Assembly: GCA_964405685.1 (NCBI GenBank)
Contig: CAYOOP010000005.1
Location: forward strand, 108,713-172,712
DNA from: an uncultured Rickettsiales bacterium
Lineage (GTDB): Bacteria; Pseudomonadota; Alphaproteobacteria; Rickettsiales; SXRF01
Length of the DNA: 64,000 nucleotides
Reading direction: 5' to 3'
Shown piece by piece: positions 44,303 through 52,963 of the stretch. How positions within the stretch are numbered: the stretch's first letter is position 1; each line of letters begins with the position of its first letter. The notes under the pieces are model-generated. The model searched no databases. It worked only from the letters and a program-made list of their open reading frames with translations, and was not told the origin of the DNA. Position numbers and translations under genes: made by a program.

Positions 44303-44318
44303 CTAAAGATATCTTTAG
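44303..44318. promoter_or_regulatory. Perfect 16-bp palindrome in the asmA-nuoG divergent intergenic region
   Basis: CTAAAGATATCTTTAG, 64 nt upstream of the nuoG ATG. Confidence 0.3.
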
Positions 44319-44381
44319 GTTGCATCCGCGTGTGCGCATGGTAAAACGCTTTCGTCTTACTTTGATAGAGCGTTTATATTT

Positions 44382-46439
44382 ATGCCAAAACTGACGATTG
44401 ACGGACACGAAATAGAAGTTGAACCCGGTACGGTGATTATTCAAGCTGCCGAGCAGCTCGGAATCGAAATTCCCCGGTTTTGTTACCATGATCGCCTGGC
44501 CATTGCCGGCAATTGCCGCATGTGCTTGGTGGAAGTTTCGCCAGGCCCGCCGAAGCCGCAGGCCAGTTGCGCGCTGCCGTGCGCGGACAATATGGTAGTG
44601 AAAACCAATACCGAGATGGTGAAAAAAGCCCGTGAAGGGGTGATGGAGTTCTTGCTCATCAACCACCCGCTCGATTGCCCGATTTGCGACCAGGGCGGCG
44701 AGTGCGATTTGCAGGATCAAGCGATTGCGTATGGCAAAGGCAAGAGCCGCTATAAGGAAGAAAAGCGCTCGGTGCCGGATAAATACATGGGCCCGCTGGT
44801 GTCGACCTTCATGAACCGCTGCATTCATTGCACGCGGTGTGTGCGGTTTATTACGGATGTGGCCGGTGTGCCGGACTTGGGCGGCTTGGGCCGCGGCGAA
44901 CATATGGAAATTGGAACGTATGTTGAAAAAGCGATCGGCTCGGAACTTTCAGCCAATATTATTGACCTGTGTCCCGTGGGCGCGTTGACATCAAAGCCGT
45001 ATGCCTATGCGGCGCGGTCGTGGGAGCTCACGAAAACGGAAACGGTGGATGTGCTGGATGCCGTCGGCTGCAATATCCGCGTGGATTCGCGAGGGTCGGC
45101 GGTGATGCGTGTGCTGCCGCGTGTGCATGAAGACATCAACGAGGAATGGATTTCCGATAAGTCGCGCTATGCGTGCGATGGCTTAAAAACACAGCGGCTG
45201 GACCGTCCATACGTTCGTGGTGCCGATGGCAAGCTCAAAGCGGCAAGCTGGGAGCAAGCATTGCAAACGGTTGTGCATAAAATGAAACAGCTGGAGCCTT
45301 CTGAGATTGCCGCTATAGCGGGCAATCTTGCGTGCACGGAGAGCATGTTTGCACTGAAACAACTCATGGACAGTATCGAATCGCACAATCTCGATTGTCG
45401 TCAGGATGGCGCGAAATTGCCGACGGCCAAGCGTGGCGATTATTTATTTAATGGTACGATTGCGGGCATTGAAGACGCCGATACGATTGTGCTGATTGGC
45501 GCGAACCCGCGCAAAGAGGCCTCGCTTGTGAATGCACGCATTCGGAAGAGCTGGAAAAATGGTGGTTTGAAAGAGGTGTTCGTCATCGGCCCGGCGACGG
45601 ATTTGACCTATCCGTCTACTTCGCTCGGGAGCGACCCACGCATATTGAAAGATCTGGTGGCCGGCAAGCACGATGCATTTAAAACATTGAGTGCGGCGAA
45701 AAAACCGATGGTGATACTTGGGACTGCAGCGCTTGCGCGTGAAGATGGCGCGGCGATTTACGAAACCGCGAAGCAGTTGGCAGAAAAAATAAATGCGAGC
45801 TTTAATGTGCTGCACCACGCGGCGGCGCGGGTAGGGGGCCTGGATGTTGGCTTTGTGCCGGGGGCTAGCGGCAAGGACATGAGCGGCATTGTTGAGGCTT
45901 CCAAATCCGGCGACATTAAAATGGTCTATTTGCTTGGTGTCGACGAAATCGACATGTCGCATTTCGGCAAAGCGTTTGTGGTGTACCAGGGCCATCACGG
46001 TGACATTGGCGCCCATCGCGCGGATGTGATTTTGCCCGGCGCGGCCTATACGGAAAAAGATGCTACTTACGTGAACATGGAAGGGAGAGCGCAACGCGCA
46101 GTCCGCGCGGTGTTCGCTCCGGGTGAAGCGAAGGAAGACTGGGCGATTATCCGTGCCATCTCCGGTGCACTGGGCGCGCAATTGCCGTATGACACACTCG
46201 CGCAACTGCGCGAAGTGATGATCGCGGCGCATCCGCATTTAGGCCAGATTGATACGGTTGTTCTGGCGGATGTTTCGCCAGCCAACCCGCCAAAACCCGG
46301 GCAGGGTGCGATTCTGGCGAAGGCGCTGGAGGAGTGGACTGCGAATTTTTATAGGACCGATCCGATTTCGCGTGCGTCCAAAACCATGGCCGAGTGTACC
46401 AAGCAAATCGGCGAATTTTTGCAAAAAGAGGCGGCGTAA
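44382..46439 (+). CDS. nuoG: NADH-quinone oxidoreductase subunit G
   Basis: 685 aa with an N-terminal 2Fe-2S motif and 4Fe-4S cysteine motifs (CYHDRLAIAGNCRMC, HPLDCPICDQGGEC, CIHCTRC). Confidence 0.9.
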   Translation: MPKLTIDGHEIEVEPGTVIIQAAEQLGIEIPRFCYHDRLAIAGNCRMCLVEVSPGPPKPQASCALPCADNMVVKTNTEMVKKAREGVMEFLLINHPLDCPICDQGGECDLQDQAIAYGKGKSRYKEEKRSVPDKYMGPLVSTFMNRCIHCTRCVRFITDVAGVPDLGGLGRGEHMEIGTYVEKAIGSELSANIIDLCPVGALTSKPYAYAARSWELTKTETVDVLDAVGCNIRVDSRGSAVMRVLPRVHEDINEEWISDKSRYACDGLKTQRLDRPYVRGADGKLKAASWEQALQTVVHKMKQLEPSEIAAIAGNLACTESMFALKQLMDSIESHNLDCRQDGAKLPTAKRGDYLFNGTIAGIEDADTIVLIGANPRKEASLVNARIRKSWKNGGLKEVFVIGPATDLTYPSTSLGSDPRILKDLVAGKHDAFKTLSAAKKPMVILGTAALAREDGAAIYETAKQLAEKINASFNVLHHAAARVGGLDVGFVPGASGKDMSGIVEASKSGDIKMVYLLGVDEIDMSHFGKAFVVYQGHHGDIGAHRADVILPGAAYTEKDATYVNMEGRAQRAVRAVFAPGEAKEDWAIIRAISGALGAQLPYDTLAQLREVMIAAHPHLGQIDTVVLADVSPANPPKPGQGAILAKALEEWTANFYRTDPISRASKTMAECTKQIGEFLQKEAA

Positions 46440-46440
46440 T

Positions 46441-47397
46441 ATGCGTATCGGTGCGTTTGCTCTTACGGTTCTTGCATCGTCCACCGCCTATGCCGCTAGC
46501 TGGCCCAGTGCGCTGACCTATAAAGGCCAGCCGATTACCCGCTGTTTGGAAGCGTTGCCGATGGAGGAGGCGTCGCGCAGTAAGCCGCTGGATCTCGCGG
46601 CGTGTTCTGCTCCCGATCCGCAAATACAGGACAGCGAACCCAATCAAGATTTAATTTCGCAAGGCTTCATTGGTCGCAGCTACACCACGGGCGAGGGCGC
46701 AAATCCCGCCTATGGTTACTACAAGGTGCTTGGCCCTTATCGCGGTGGCTATTTGGTGTATGGTTTGTGGAGCGGCGGCGGCTTGGCCCAATTCTCTTCG
46801 CTCGATGTCATCAAACGCAAAGGCGACACCATTTGGGTCGAGCGCGAAATCGCGAGTGGCGACCGTTGCAATAATGGCATCACTGAAGCGTGGCTCGAGC
46901 GTGGCAAGTTATTTTATAAGGTCAACTTCACACCCTACGATATTATTGTACACGCAGATATTCCCGTGACGGTGAAAACCTCCGACGATTTGGAAAGCAC
47001 GCCAACCAGCTGTTTTGCGACCGCTACATTTGCGCAGTCGCGCGACAATCAGCCTGATTTTTATGTCATGGCGCTGAATCAGGAAAACCCTGATGCGCTA
47101 ATTTCCGATGTTGAGTGGACGCGAAACTACCGTTATCAGACCTGTTTTAACACTCTGTTCTTAGATGCGTTGCAGTCGGGCTCGGTTTCGTTTGATAAAA
47201 AGGCGCTCACCGCCTGGGTCAAAGGGTTTTATGAAACCTGCGTGAATCAAAAAGTGATTGATGAAAAACCGTTTGAAGTCAACCCCCCAGAGCCAACGCC
47301 ACAGTCCATTGAAGTAAAGCCAATGGACGCGCCGGTCGAAGTGCCGATGATTTATTCGGAGCCCGATAGCGGCGTGGATCAAGGAGACGGCCAATGA
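46441..47397 (+). CDS. Secreted hypothetical protein (318 aa) embedded between nuoG and nuoH
   Basis: Track ORF 46249..47397 trimmed to the ATG 1 nt after the nuoG stop. Signal peptide [18 protein letters not shown], several Cys, a Pro/Glu-rich tail. The stop overlaps the nuoH start. Confidence 0.6.
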   Translation: MRIGAFALTVLASSTAYAASWPSALTYKGQPITRCLEALPMEEASRSKPLDLAACSAPDPQIQDSEPNQDLISQGFIGRSYTTGEGANPAYGYYKVLGPYRGGYLVYGLWSGGGLAQFSSLDVIKRKGDTIWVEREIASGDRCNNGITEAWLERGKLFYKVNFTPYDIIVHADIPVTVKTSDDLESTPTSCFATATFAQSRDNQPDFYVMALNQENPDALISDVEWTRNYRYQTCFNTLFLDALQSGSVSFDKKALTAWVKGFYETCVNQKVIDEKPFEVNPPEPTPQSIEVKPMDAPVEVPMIYSEPDSGVDQGDGQ

Positions 47398-48392
47398 TGG
47401 AGTTGATCAACATCCTCATGCCGCTGCTGATTATTGTCGGCAAAATCCTGCTGGTTGTCGTACCACTACTGATTTGCGTGGCGATGCTCACCTATTTCGA
47501 GCGCAAAGTCATCGCGGCGATGCAGCTGCGCAAAGGTCCGAATATGATTGGTCCGTTTGGGTTGCTGCAAGCATTTGCCGATGGCGCGAAATTGTTTCTG
47601 AAAGAGACGATTATTCCGTCTGAGTCCAACAAAGTGATTTTTTTCCTTGCGCCCATGCTTACGTTTTCGCTGGCGCTGCTTGGCTGGGCGGTGATTCCGA
47701 TTTCAGAGTATTTCGTGATCGCCGATATCAACGTCGGTATTCTTTATCTCTTTGCGATTTCTTCGCTCGGCGTCTACGGCATCATCATGGCCGGGTGGGC
47801 GAGCAATTCGAAATACGCGTTTTTGGGTGCGATTCGCTCCTCCGCGCAGATGGTTTCTTATGAAGTGTCGATCGGCTTTGTCATCGTCACGGTGCTGATG
47901 GTCGTCGGCTCACTCAATCTAAACGACATCGTGCACGCGCAGGCAGACGGTTGGTTTGCCTTCTCGCCGCTCTTTCCGATGTTCATCGTCTTCTTCATTT
48001 CCGCGCTTGCTGAAACCAACCGCCATCCATTTGATCTGCCGGAGGCCGAAGGTGAATTGGTTGCCGGTTACAACGTTGAATATTCATCCATGACCTTCGC
48101 GCTGTTTTTCCTCGGTGAATACGCGAATATGATTTTGATGTCGGGCATGGTGACCATCCTCTTCCTCGGTGGTTGGCTGCCCCCGCACCACGCGCTTGCC
48201 TTTATTCCTGGCGGTATTTGGTTTGCGCTAAAAGTCTCCGTCTGCCTCTTCGTTTTCATCTGGGCACGCGCCACCTTGCCGCGCTATCGCTACGATCAAC
48301 TCATGCGCCTGGGCTGGAAGATCTTCCTGCCGTTTTCGCTGCTGTGGGTGGTGGTGATTGCCGCTTGGGTCGTCTTTTTTCAGGGGCATTAA
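47394..48392 (+). CDS. nuoH: NADH-quinone oxidoreductase subunit H
   Basis: 332 aa with [17 protein letters not shown] and [18 protein letters not shown] motifs. Confidence 0.9.
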   Translation: MMELINILMPLLIIVGKILLVVVPLLICVAMLTYFERKVIAAMQLRKGPNMIGPFGLLQAFADGAKLFLKETIIPSESNKVIFFLAPMLTFSLALLGWAVIPISEYFVIADINVGILYLFAISSLGVYGIIMAGWASNSKYAFLGAIRSSAQMVSYEVSIGFVIVTVLMVVGSLNLNDIVHAQADGWFAFSPLFPMFIVFFISALAETNRHPFDLPEAEGELVAGYNVEYSSMTFALFFLGEYANMILMSGMVTILFLGGWLPPHHALAFIPGGIWFALKVSVCLFVFIWARATLPRYRYDQLMRLGWKIFLPFSLLWVVVIAAWVVFFQGH

Positions 48393-49013
48393 GTGATCGA
48401 GCACGCTATGACATGGCTGGTCGAATTGGTGCATAGCTTGGGCTATGTGGGGCTGTTTATTCTCACGGCGATGGAAAGTATGTTCTTTCCAATTCCGTCC
48501 GAAACTACGATGATTCCTGCCGGTTACCTCGTGCATCAGGGTGAGTGGAACATGGCGGTGGTGTGGATCATCGGCGTTACGGGTACGATTGTGGGTTCGC
48601 TTCTGAATTACTGGATTGCGTACATCATGGGCCGTCCATTTCTGGAACGCTACGGCAAATATATGTTCTTCGATCAGGCGCGCATGGCGCAGATGGAAGA
48701 GTATTTTAAAGTGCACGGAGAGATTTCGATTTTCACTTCACGTTTTATTCCCGGCGTGCGCCATGTGATTTCGTTCCCTGCGGGCCTTGCGAAAATGGAT
48801 CTGAAGCGCTTCACGTTTTTTACTGCTTTGGGCGGCGGCATGTGGATGACGGTGTTGATGTTCGTCGGCTATCAAATCGGTGACAATAAAGACTTGGTTC
48901 ACAAGTATATGCCCTATATAACACTCGCGTGTATCATCGGTGTGGCGGCGCTTATCACCTATTACGTCTGGCGCCACCGCAGCAAAAAGAAGGTCATGAA
49001 TGGCACTGTTTAA
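48393..49013 (+). CDS. dedA: DedA-family membrane protein embedded between nuoH and nuoI
   Basis: 206 aa with [19 protein letters not shown] and [16 protein letters not shown] DedA signatures. Starts directly after the nuoH stop and overlaps nuoI by 14 nt. Confidence 0.75.
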   Translation: MIEHAMTWLVELVHSLGYVGLFILTAMESMFFPIPSETTMIPAGYLVHQGEWNMAVVWIIGVTGTIVGSLLNYWIAYIMGRPFLERYGKYMFFDQARMAQMEEYFKVHGEISIFTSRFIPGVRHVISFPAGLAKMDLKRFTFFTALGGGMWMTVLMFVGYQIGDNKDLVHKYMPYITLACIIGVAALITYYVWRHRSKKKVMNGTV

Positions 49014-49488
49014 ACGTACCGCGCGCGCATTTTTGTTGACCGAGCTGGTGGTCGGCTTTGGCATCACGCTTAAATACATGTTCAAAAAACCGGTGACGAT
49101 CAACTATCCGTACGAAAAAGGCCCGCTTTCTCCGCGTTTCCGCGGTGAGCACGCGCTGCGTCGCTATCCCAACGGCGAAGAACGTTGCATCGCCTGCAAA
49201 CTCTGCGAGGCGATTTGCCCTGCGCAAGCGATCACCATCGAAGCCGAACCGCGCGAAGATGGCAGTCGCCGCACCACACGTTATGACATTGACATGACCA
49301 AGTGCATCTACTGCGGCCTGTGCCAGGAAGCTTGCCCGGTGGATGCGATCGTCGAAACCCCAAATTTTGAATTCGCAACGTTTACGCACGAAGAACTGCT
49401 CTACGACAAAAACAAACTCCTCGAAAACGGCGAACGCTGGGAACCGGCGATTGCTGCTAATTTGTTGAAAGATGCGGCGTACAGGTAA
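49000..49488 (+). CDS. nuoI: NADH-quinone oxidoreductase subunit I
   Basis: 162 aa with two ferredoxin motifs, [12 protein letters not shown] and [12 protein letters not shown]. Confidence 0.9.
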   Translation: MALFKRTARAFLLTELVVGFGITLKYMFKKPVTINYPYEKGPLSPRFRGEHALRRYPNGEERCIACKLCEAICPAQAITIEAEPREDGSRRTTRYDIDMTKCIYCGLCQEACPVDAIVETPNFEFATFTHEELLYDKNKLLENGERWEPAIAANLLKDAAYR

Positions 49489-49496
49489 AACTCATA

Positions 49497-49935
49497 CCCT
49501 CTCCCGCGTGCGGGAGAGGGTTAGGGAGAGGGTGGATAGACAAGGAGAAACCATTGCGGGAAAACGCCAAACTTAAGCAAGCCAAGCAATTGCGGAAGCA
49601 GATGACGGAAGCTGAGAACTTGTTGTGGTATTATTTGCGCGCCGAAAGATTTTTGGGTTTCAAGTTTCGTCGCCAGGTGCCCATAGAAGGTTATGTTGCG
49701 GATTTTGCCTGTGTTCACCCTCCGGTCATTATCGAGGTTGATGGCGGTGGGCATACCACACAACAAGAAAAAGATAAAATACGCGATGAAGTCTTGCGAA
49801 AACGTGGCTATAAGGTATTACGTTTTTGGAATAATGAGGTATTCGAGAATATTGAAGGCGTGTCGATGACGATTAAAAATGCACTTGAGACTTCCCCTCT
49901 CCCCCACCCCTCTCCCGCACGCGGGCGAGGGGAGA
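49497..49935 (+). mobile_element. DUF559 gene bracketed by ~39-bp inverted repeats (family E), inserted between nuoI and nuoJ
   Basis: Left end CCCTCTCCCGCGTGCGGGAGAGGGTTAGGGAGAGGGTGG (49497-49535). Right end CCCCTCTCCCCCACCCCTCTCCCGCACGCGGGCGAGGGGAG (49893-49935) is approximately its reverse complement. Confidence 0.65.
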
Positions 49936-49952
49936 AGGTCTGCGTGTTATGA
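49554..49952 (+). CDS. DUF559 (Vsr-like endonuclease fold) domain protein
   Basis: 132 aa with a TTG start after AAGGAG. MTEAENLLWYYLR...FRRQVPIEGYVADFAC...IIEVDGGGH...VLRFWNNEV is the DUF559 pattern. The tail SPLPHPSPARGRGE is repeat-encoded, and the stop overlaps the nuoJ ATG. Confidence 0.75.
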   Translation: MRENAKLKQAKQLRKQMTEAENLLWYYLRAERFLGFKFRRQVPIEGYVADFACVHPPVIIEVDGGGHTTQQEKDKIRDEVLRKRGYKVLRFWNNEVFENIEGVSMTIKNALETSPLPHPSPARGRGEKVCVL

Positions 49953-50551
49953 CCGAACTCATTCCCACCCTCTTATTCTACATCTTCGCAGCCGGGGTGC
50001 TCGGTTCGGCGGTGATGGTGGTTGCGGCGCGGAACCCCGTGCACTGCGTATTGTTTTTGATTTTCTCGTTCTTTAACGCCGCCGGTTTATTTGTGCTGCT
50101 TGGCGCCGAGTATTTGGCGATGACGCTGGTGATTGTCTATGTTGGCGCAGTGGCCGTGTTGTTCCTGTTCGTGGTGATGATGCTGAATATTGACCTTGCA
50201 CAGGTCCGCCAAGGATTTTTAAAGCATATGAGTGTGGGTATGACGATTGCGGGAACGCTGGCCTTTGAACTTTTGCTCGTGGTCTACCTCTCGTTGCTTA
50301 ACCCCGGCATACTCGCCGCAGCCCGCAACCCAACTTATTCCGAGCGTGACCTCACCAACACCCATGCGCTGGGCCAGGTGATCTATACGGATTATTTGCT
50401 CGCGTTCCAAATGTCCGGCCTCGTGCTGCTGGTTGCCATGATCGGCGCTATTGTGCTGACGCTTCGCCACCGCCCCGGCGTGCGCAAACAAGTGATTTCC
50501 AAGCAGCTCGCGCGCAAGCGCGAAGATGCAATTGAGATTGTGAGGCACTAA
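49949..50551 (+). CDS. nuoJ: NADH-quinone oxidoreductase subunit J
   Basis: 200 aa. TM protein with [32 protein letters not shown]. Confidence 0.85.
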   Translation: MTELIPTLLFYIFAAGVLGSAVMVVAARNPVHCVLFLIFSFFNAAGLFVLLGAEYLAMTLVIVYVGAVAVLFLFVVMMLNIDLAQVRQGFLKHMSVGMTIAGTLAFELLLVVYLSLLNPGILAAARNPTYSERDLTNTHALGQVIYTDYLLAFQMSGLVLLVAMIGAIVLTLRHRPGVRKQVISKQLARKREDAIEIVRH

Positions 50552-50877
50552 TGGACACAGAATTCTTCGGTTCCATCGGCATATTTCACTATCTCGTAGT
50601 CTCGAGCCTGCTGTTCATGCTCGGCATTTGCGGCATATTCCTCAACCGCAAAAACGTGATTACGATTTTGATGTCGATTGAGTTGATGCTGCTTGCCGTG
50701 AACATCAATTTCGTCGCCTTCTCCGTCAAACTCGGTGATCTTTCCGGTCAGATATTCGCCATGTTCGTGCTTACCGTCGCCGCGGCCGAAGCCGCGATCG
50801 GCCTTGCTATCCTCGTTATTTTCCATCGCAACAAAGGGTCGATTGCCGTGGAAGACATTCATGAGTTGAAGGGTTGA
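50551..50877 (+). CDS. nuoK: NADH-quinone oxidoreductase subunit K
   Basis: 108 aa with [24 protein letters not shown] and [13 protein letters not shown]. Confidence 0.85.
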   Translation: MDTEFFGSIGIFHYLVVSSLLFMLGICGIFLNRKNVITILMSIELMLLAVNINFVAFSVKLGDLSGQIFAMFVLTVAAAEAAIGLAILVIFHRNKGSIAVEDIHELKG

Positions 50878-50878
50878 T

Positions 50879-52825
50879 ATGATCGCAGCGATTGTCTTTT
50901 TACCCCTCCTCGCCGCGCTGATTGTTGGCCTAAACAGCCGCCGGATTTCCGACGGTGCGGCGCACTGCATCACCTCCGGCGCGATGGTCGTTTCCGCCAT
51001 CTTGTCCTTCTCCATCTTCATGCAATTCGCGCATCACGGCATGGCCGAGCCCGGTATGTTCGAAACGGTGGTTTATAAAGTGCATTTATTGCAATGGATC
51101 AATTCTGGGGATTTTTCTGCCGAGTGGTTGCTGCGTGTTGATGCACTCACCGCGGTGATGTTGCTCGTGGTCACGAACGTCTCTGCCGTCGTGCATCTCT
51201 ACTCGCGCGGTTACATGCACGAAGACCCGCACCAGCCGCGCTTTATGGCGTATCTCTCGCTATTTACCTTCTTTATGTTGATGTTGGTAACGTCCGACAA
51301 TCTCGTGCAACTCTTCGTGGGCTGGGAAGGCGTGGGCCTGTGCTCCTATTTGCTTATCGGCTTCTGGTACAAAAAGAAAGAAGCCTGCGCGGCCGCCATT
51401 AAAGCGTTCCTCGTCAACCGCGTGGGCGACATCGGCTTCGCGCTCGGCATTTTCGCGGTTTATTCGCTCTTCGGCAGCGTGCAATTCGATACGATTTTTA
51501 GCCGCGTGGAGGAATTAAAAGACGCACGTTTCATGTTCCTCGGTCATGAGTTCCACGCGCTCACCGTTACCTGCATTTTGCTCTTCATCGGCTGCATGGG
51601 TAAATCCGCGCAAATAGGCCTCCATACCTGGTTGCCGGATGCGATGGAAGGCCCCACGCCTGTTTCCGCACTCATCCACGCCGCGACGATGGTGACCGCC
51701 GGTGTATTCCTCCTCGTCCGCTGTTCACCACTGTTCGAACAAGCGCCCACGGCGCTAATGGTCGTAACTGTCGTTGGCGCAACCACCGCATTTTTCGCCG
51801 CAACTGTCGGCATGGTGCAAAACGATATCAAGCGGGTGATTGCGTATTCCACCTGCTCGCAGCTTGGCTATATGTTTTTTGCGTGCGGCGTGGGTGCGTA
51901 TGGCGCGGCGATTTTCCACCTTATGACCCACGCGTTTTTCAAAGCGTTGCTGTTCCTTGGTGCCGGCTCAGTGATTCACGGCATGAGCGGCGAGCAGGAC
52001 ATGCGCAAGATGGGCGGGATTTGGAAAATCATGCCTGTGACCTATGCGATGATTTGGATTGGTTCGCTGGCGCTTGCGGGCATTCCGTTCTTTGCCGGAT
52101 TTTATTCGAAAGATTTGATTTTGGAAGCGGCCTATGCGCATGGCGGCGTAGGCTTATTTGCGTTCTGGATCGGTATTGCTGCGGCGTTCATCACTGCGTT
52201 TTATTCCGGCCGGTTGATATTCATGACCTTCCACGGCACATCCCGCGCGGATCGCCATGTGCTCGAACACGCGCATGAATCGCCGACGTATATGCTGGCA
52301 CCGCTTTCATGGTTGGTATTGGGTAGCATCTTCGCTGGTGCGCTTGGCATGCTGGTGTTTGGCATGGCCTCGGGCGATACGCGGTTTTGGCAAGCCTCGA
52401 TTGCATCGCATGAAGCGATTGAACTCGCGCACCATGTGCCCACCTGGGTGCAGTTAATTGCAACGGTAATTGCGGTTGCAGGCCTTGCATTTTCGTACAA
52501 CCTCTATATGCGCCGCGCGGATATACCTGGTAAAATCGCTGCGAAATTCCCTGGTATTTACAAATTCCTGCTTAACAAATGGTATTTCGATGAGTTGTAT
52601 GACTTCCTATTTGTGAATCCCGCCAAGCGGCTTGGGTATTGGCTGTGGAAGCGCATTGATGCGGGGACGATTGATCGCCTGGGGCCAAACGGTGCGGCGG
52701 CGGTGTCCAAATTTGCAAGCAAGCGCGCGACGAAATTGCAAACGGGGTATGTCTATCACTATGCATTTGCCATGTTAATCGGCGTGCTCGGCTTTGTTAC
52801 TTGGGTGGTGTTTCATGTGCTTTAA
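50879..52825 (+). CDS. nuoL: NADH-quinone oxidoreductase subunit L
   Basis: 648 aa. Antiporter-like subunit with FVGWEGVGLCSYLLIGFW and WLPDAMEGPTPVSALIHAATMVTAGV. Confidence 0.9.
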   Translation: MIAAIVFLPLLAALIVGLNSRRISDGAAHCITSGAMVVSAILSFSIFMQFAHHGMAEPGMFETVVYKVHLLQWINSGDFSAEWLLRVDALTAVMLLVVTNVSAVVHLYSRGYMHEDPHQPRFMAYLSLFTFFMLMLVTSDNLVQLFVGWEGVGLCSYLLIGFWYKKKEACAAAIKAFLVNRVGDIGFALGIFAVYSLFGSVQFDTIFSRVEELKDARFMFLGHEFHALTVTCILLFIGCMGKSAQIGLHTWLPDAMEGPTPVSALIHAATMVTAGVFLLVRCSPLFEQAPTALMVVTVVGATTAFFAATVGMVQNDIKRVIAYSTCSQLGYMFFACGVGAYGAAIFHLMTHAFFKALLFLGAGSVIHGMSGEQDMRKMGGIWKIMPVTYAMIWIGSLALAGIPFFAGFYSKDLILEAAYAHGGVGLFAFWIGIAAAFITAFYSGRLIFMTFHGTSRADRHVLEHAHESPTYMLAPLSWLVLGSIFAGALGMLVFGMASGDTRFWQASIASHEAIELAHHVPTWVQLIATVIAVAGLAFSYNLYMRRADIPGKIAAKFPGIYKFLLNKWYFDELYDFLFVNPAKRLGYWLWKRIDAGTIDRLGPNGAAAVSKFASKRATKLQTGYVYHYAFAMLIGVLGFVTWVVFHVL

Positions 52826-52844
52826 TTCCTTACACATCATCGGT

Positions 52845-52951
52845 GTCATCCCGTCGAATGACGGGATCCAGCGCTTCGCTCACGCGAAGCAAAAAGAGTC
52901 CTATTGCGCGGCAGACGCCGCTTACTGGATTCCGTCATTCGACGGGATGAC
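52845..52951. repeat. MITE-like palindromic element, family A, copy 3 (between nuoL and nuoM)
   Basis: GTCATCCCGTCGAATGACGGGATCC ... GGATTCCGTCATTCGACGGGATGAC. Occupies most of the 138-bp nuoL-nuoM spacer. Confidence 0.75.
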
Positions 52952-52963
52952 AAGTGAGGTGCC

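Noticed and set aside
46249-46440. Upstream extension of the nuo-embedded ORF (track start 46249)
   Set aside because: The extension overlaps the end of nuoG in another frame and encodes an Arg-rich stretch. The signal peptide starts at ATG 46441, directly after the nuoG stop.
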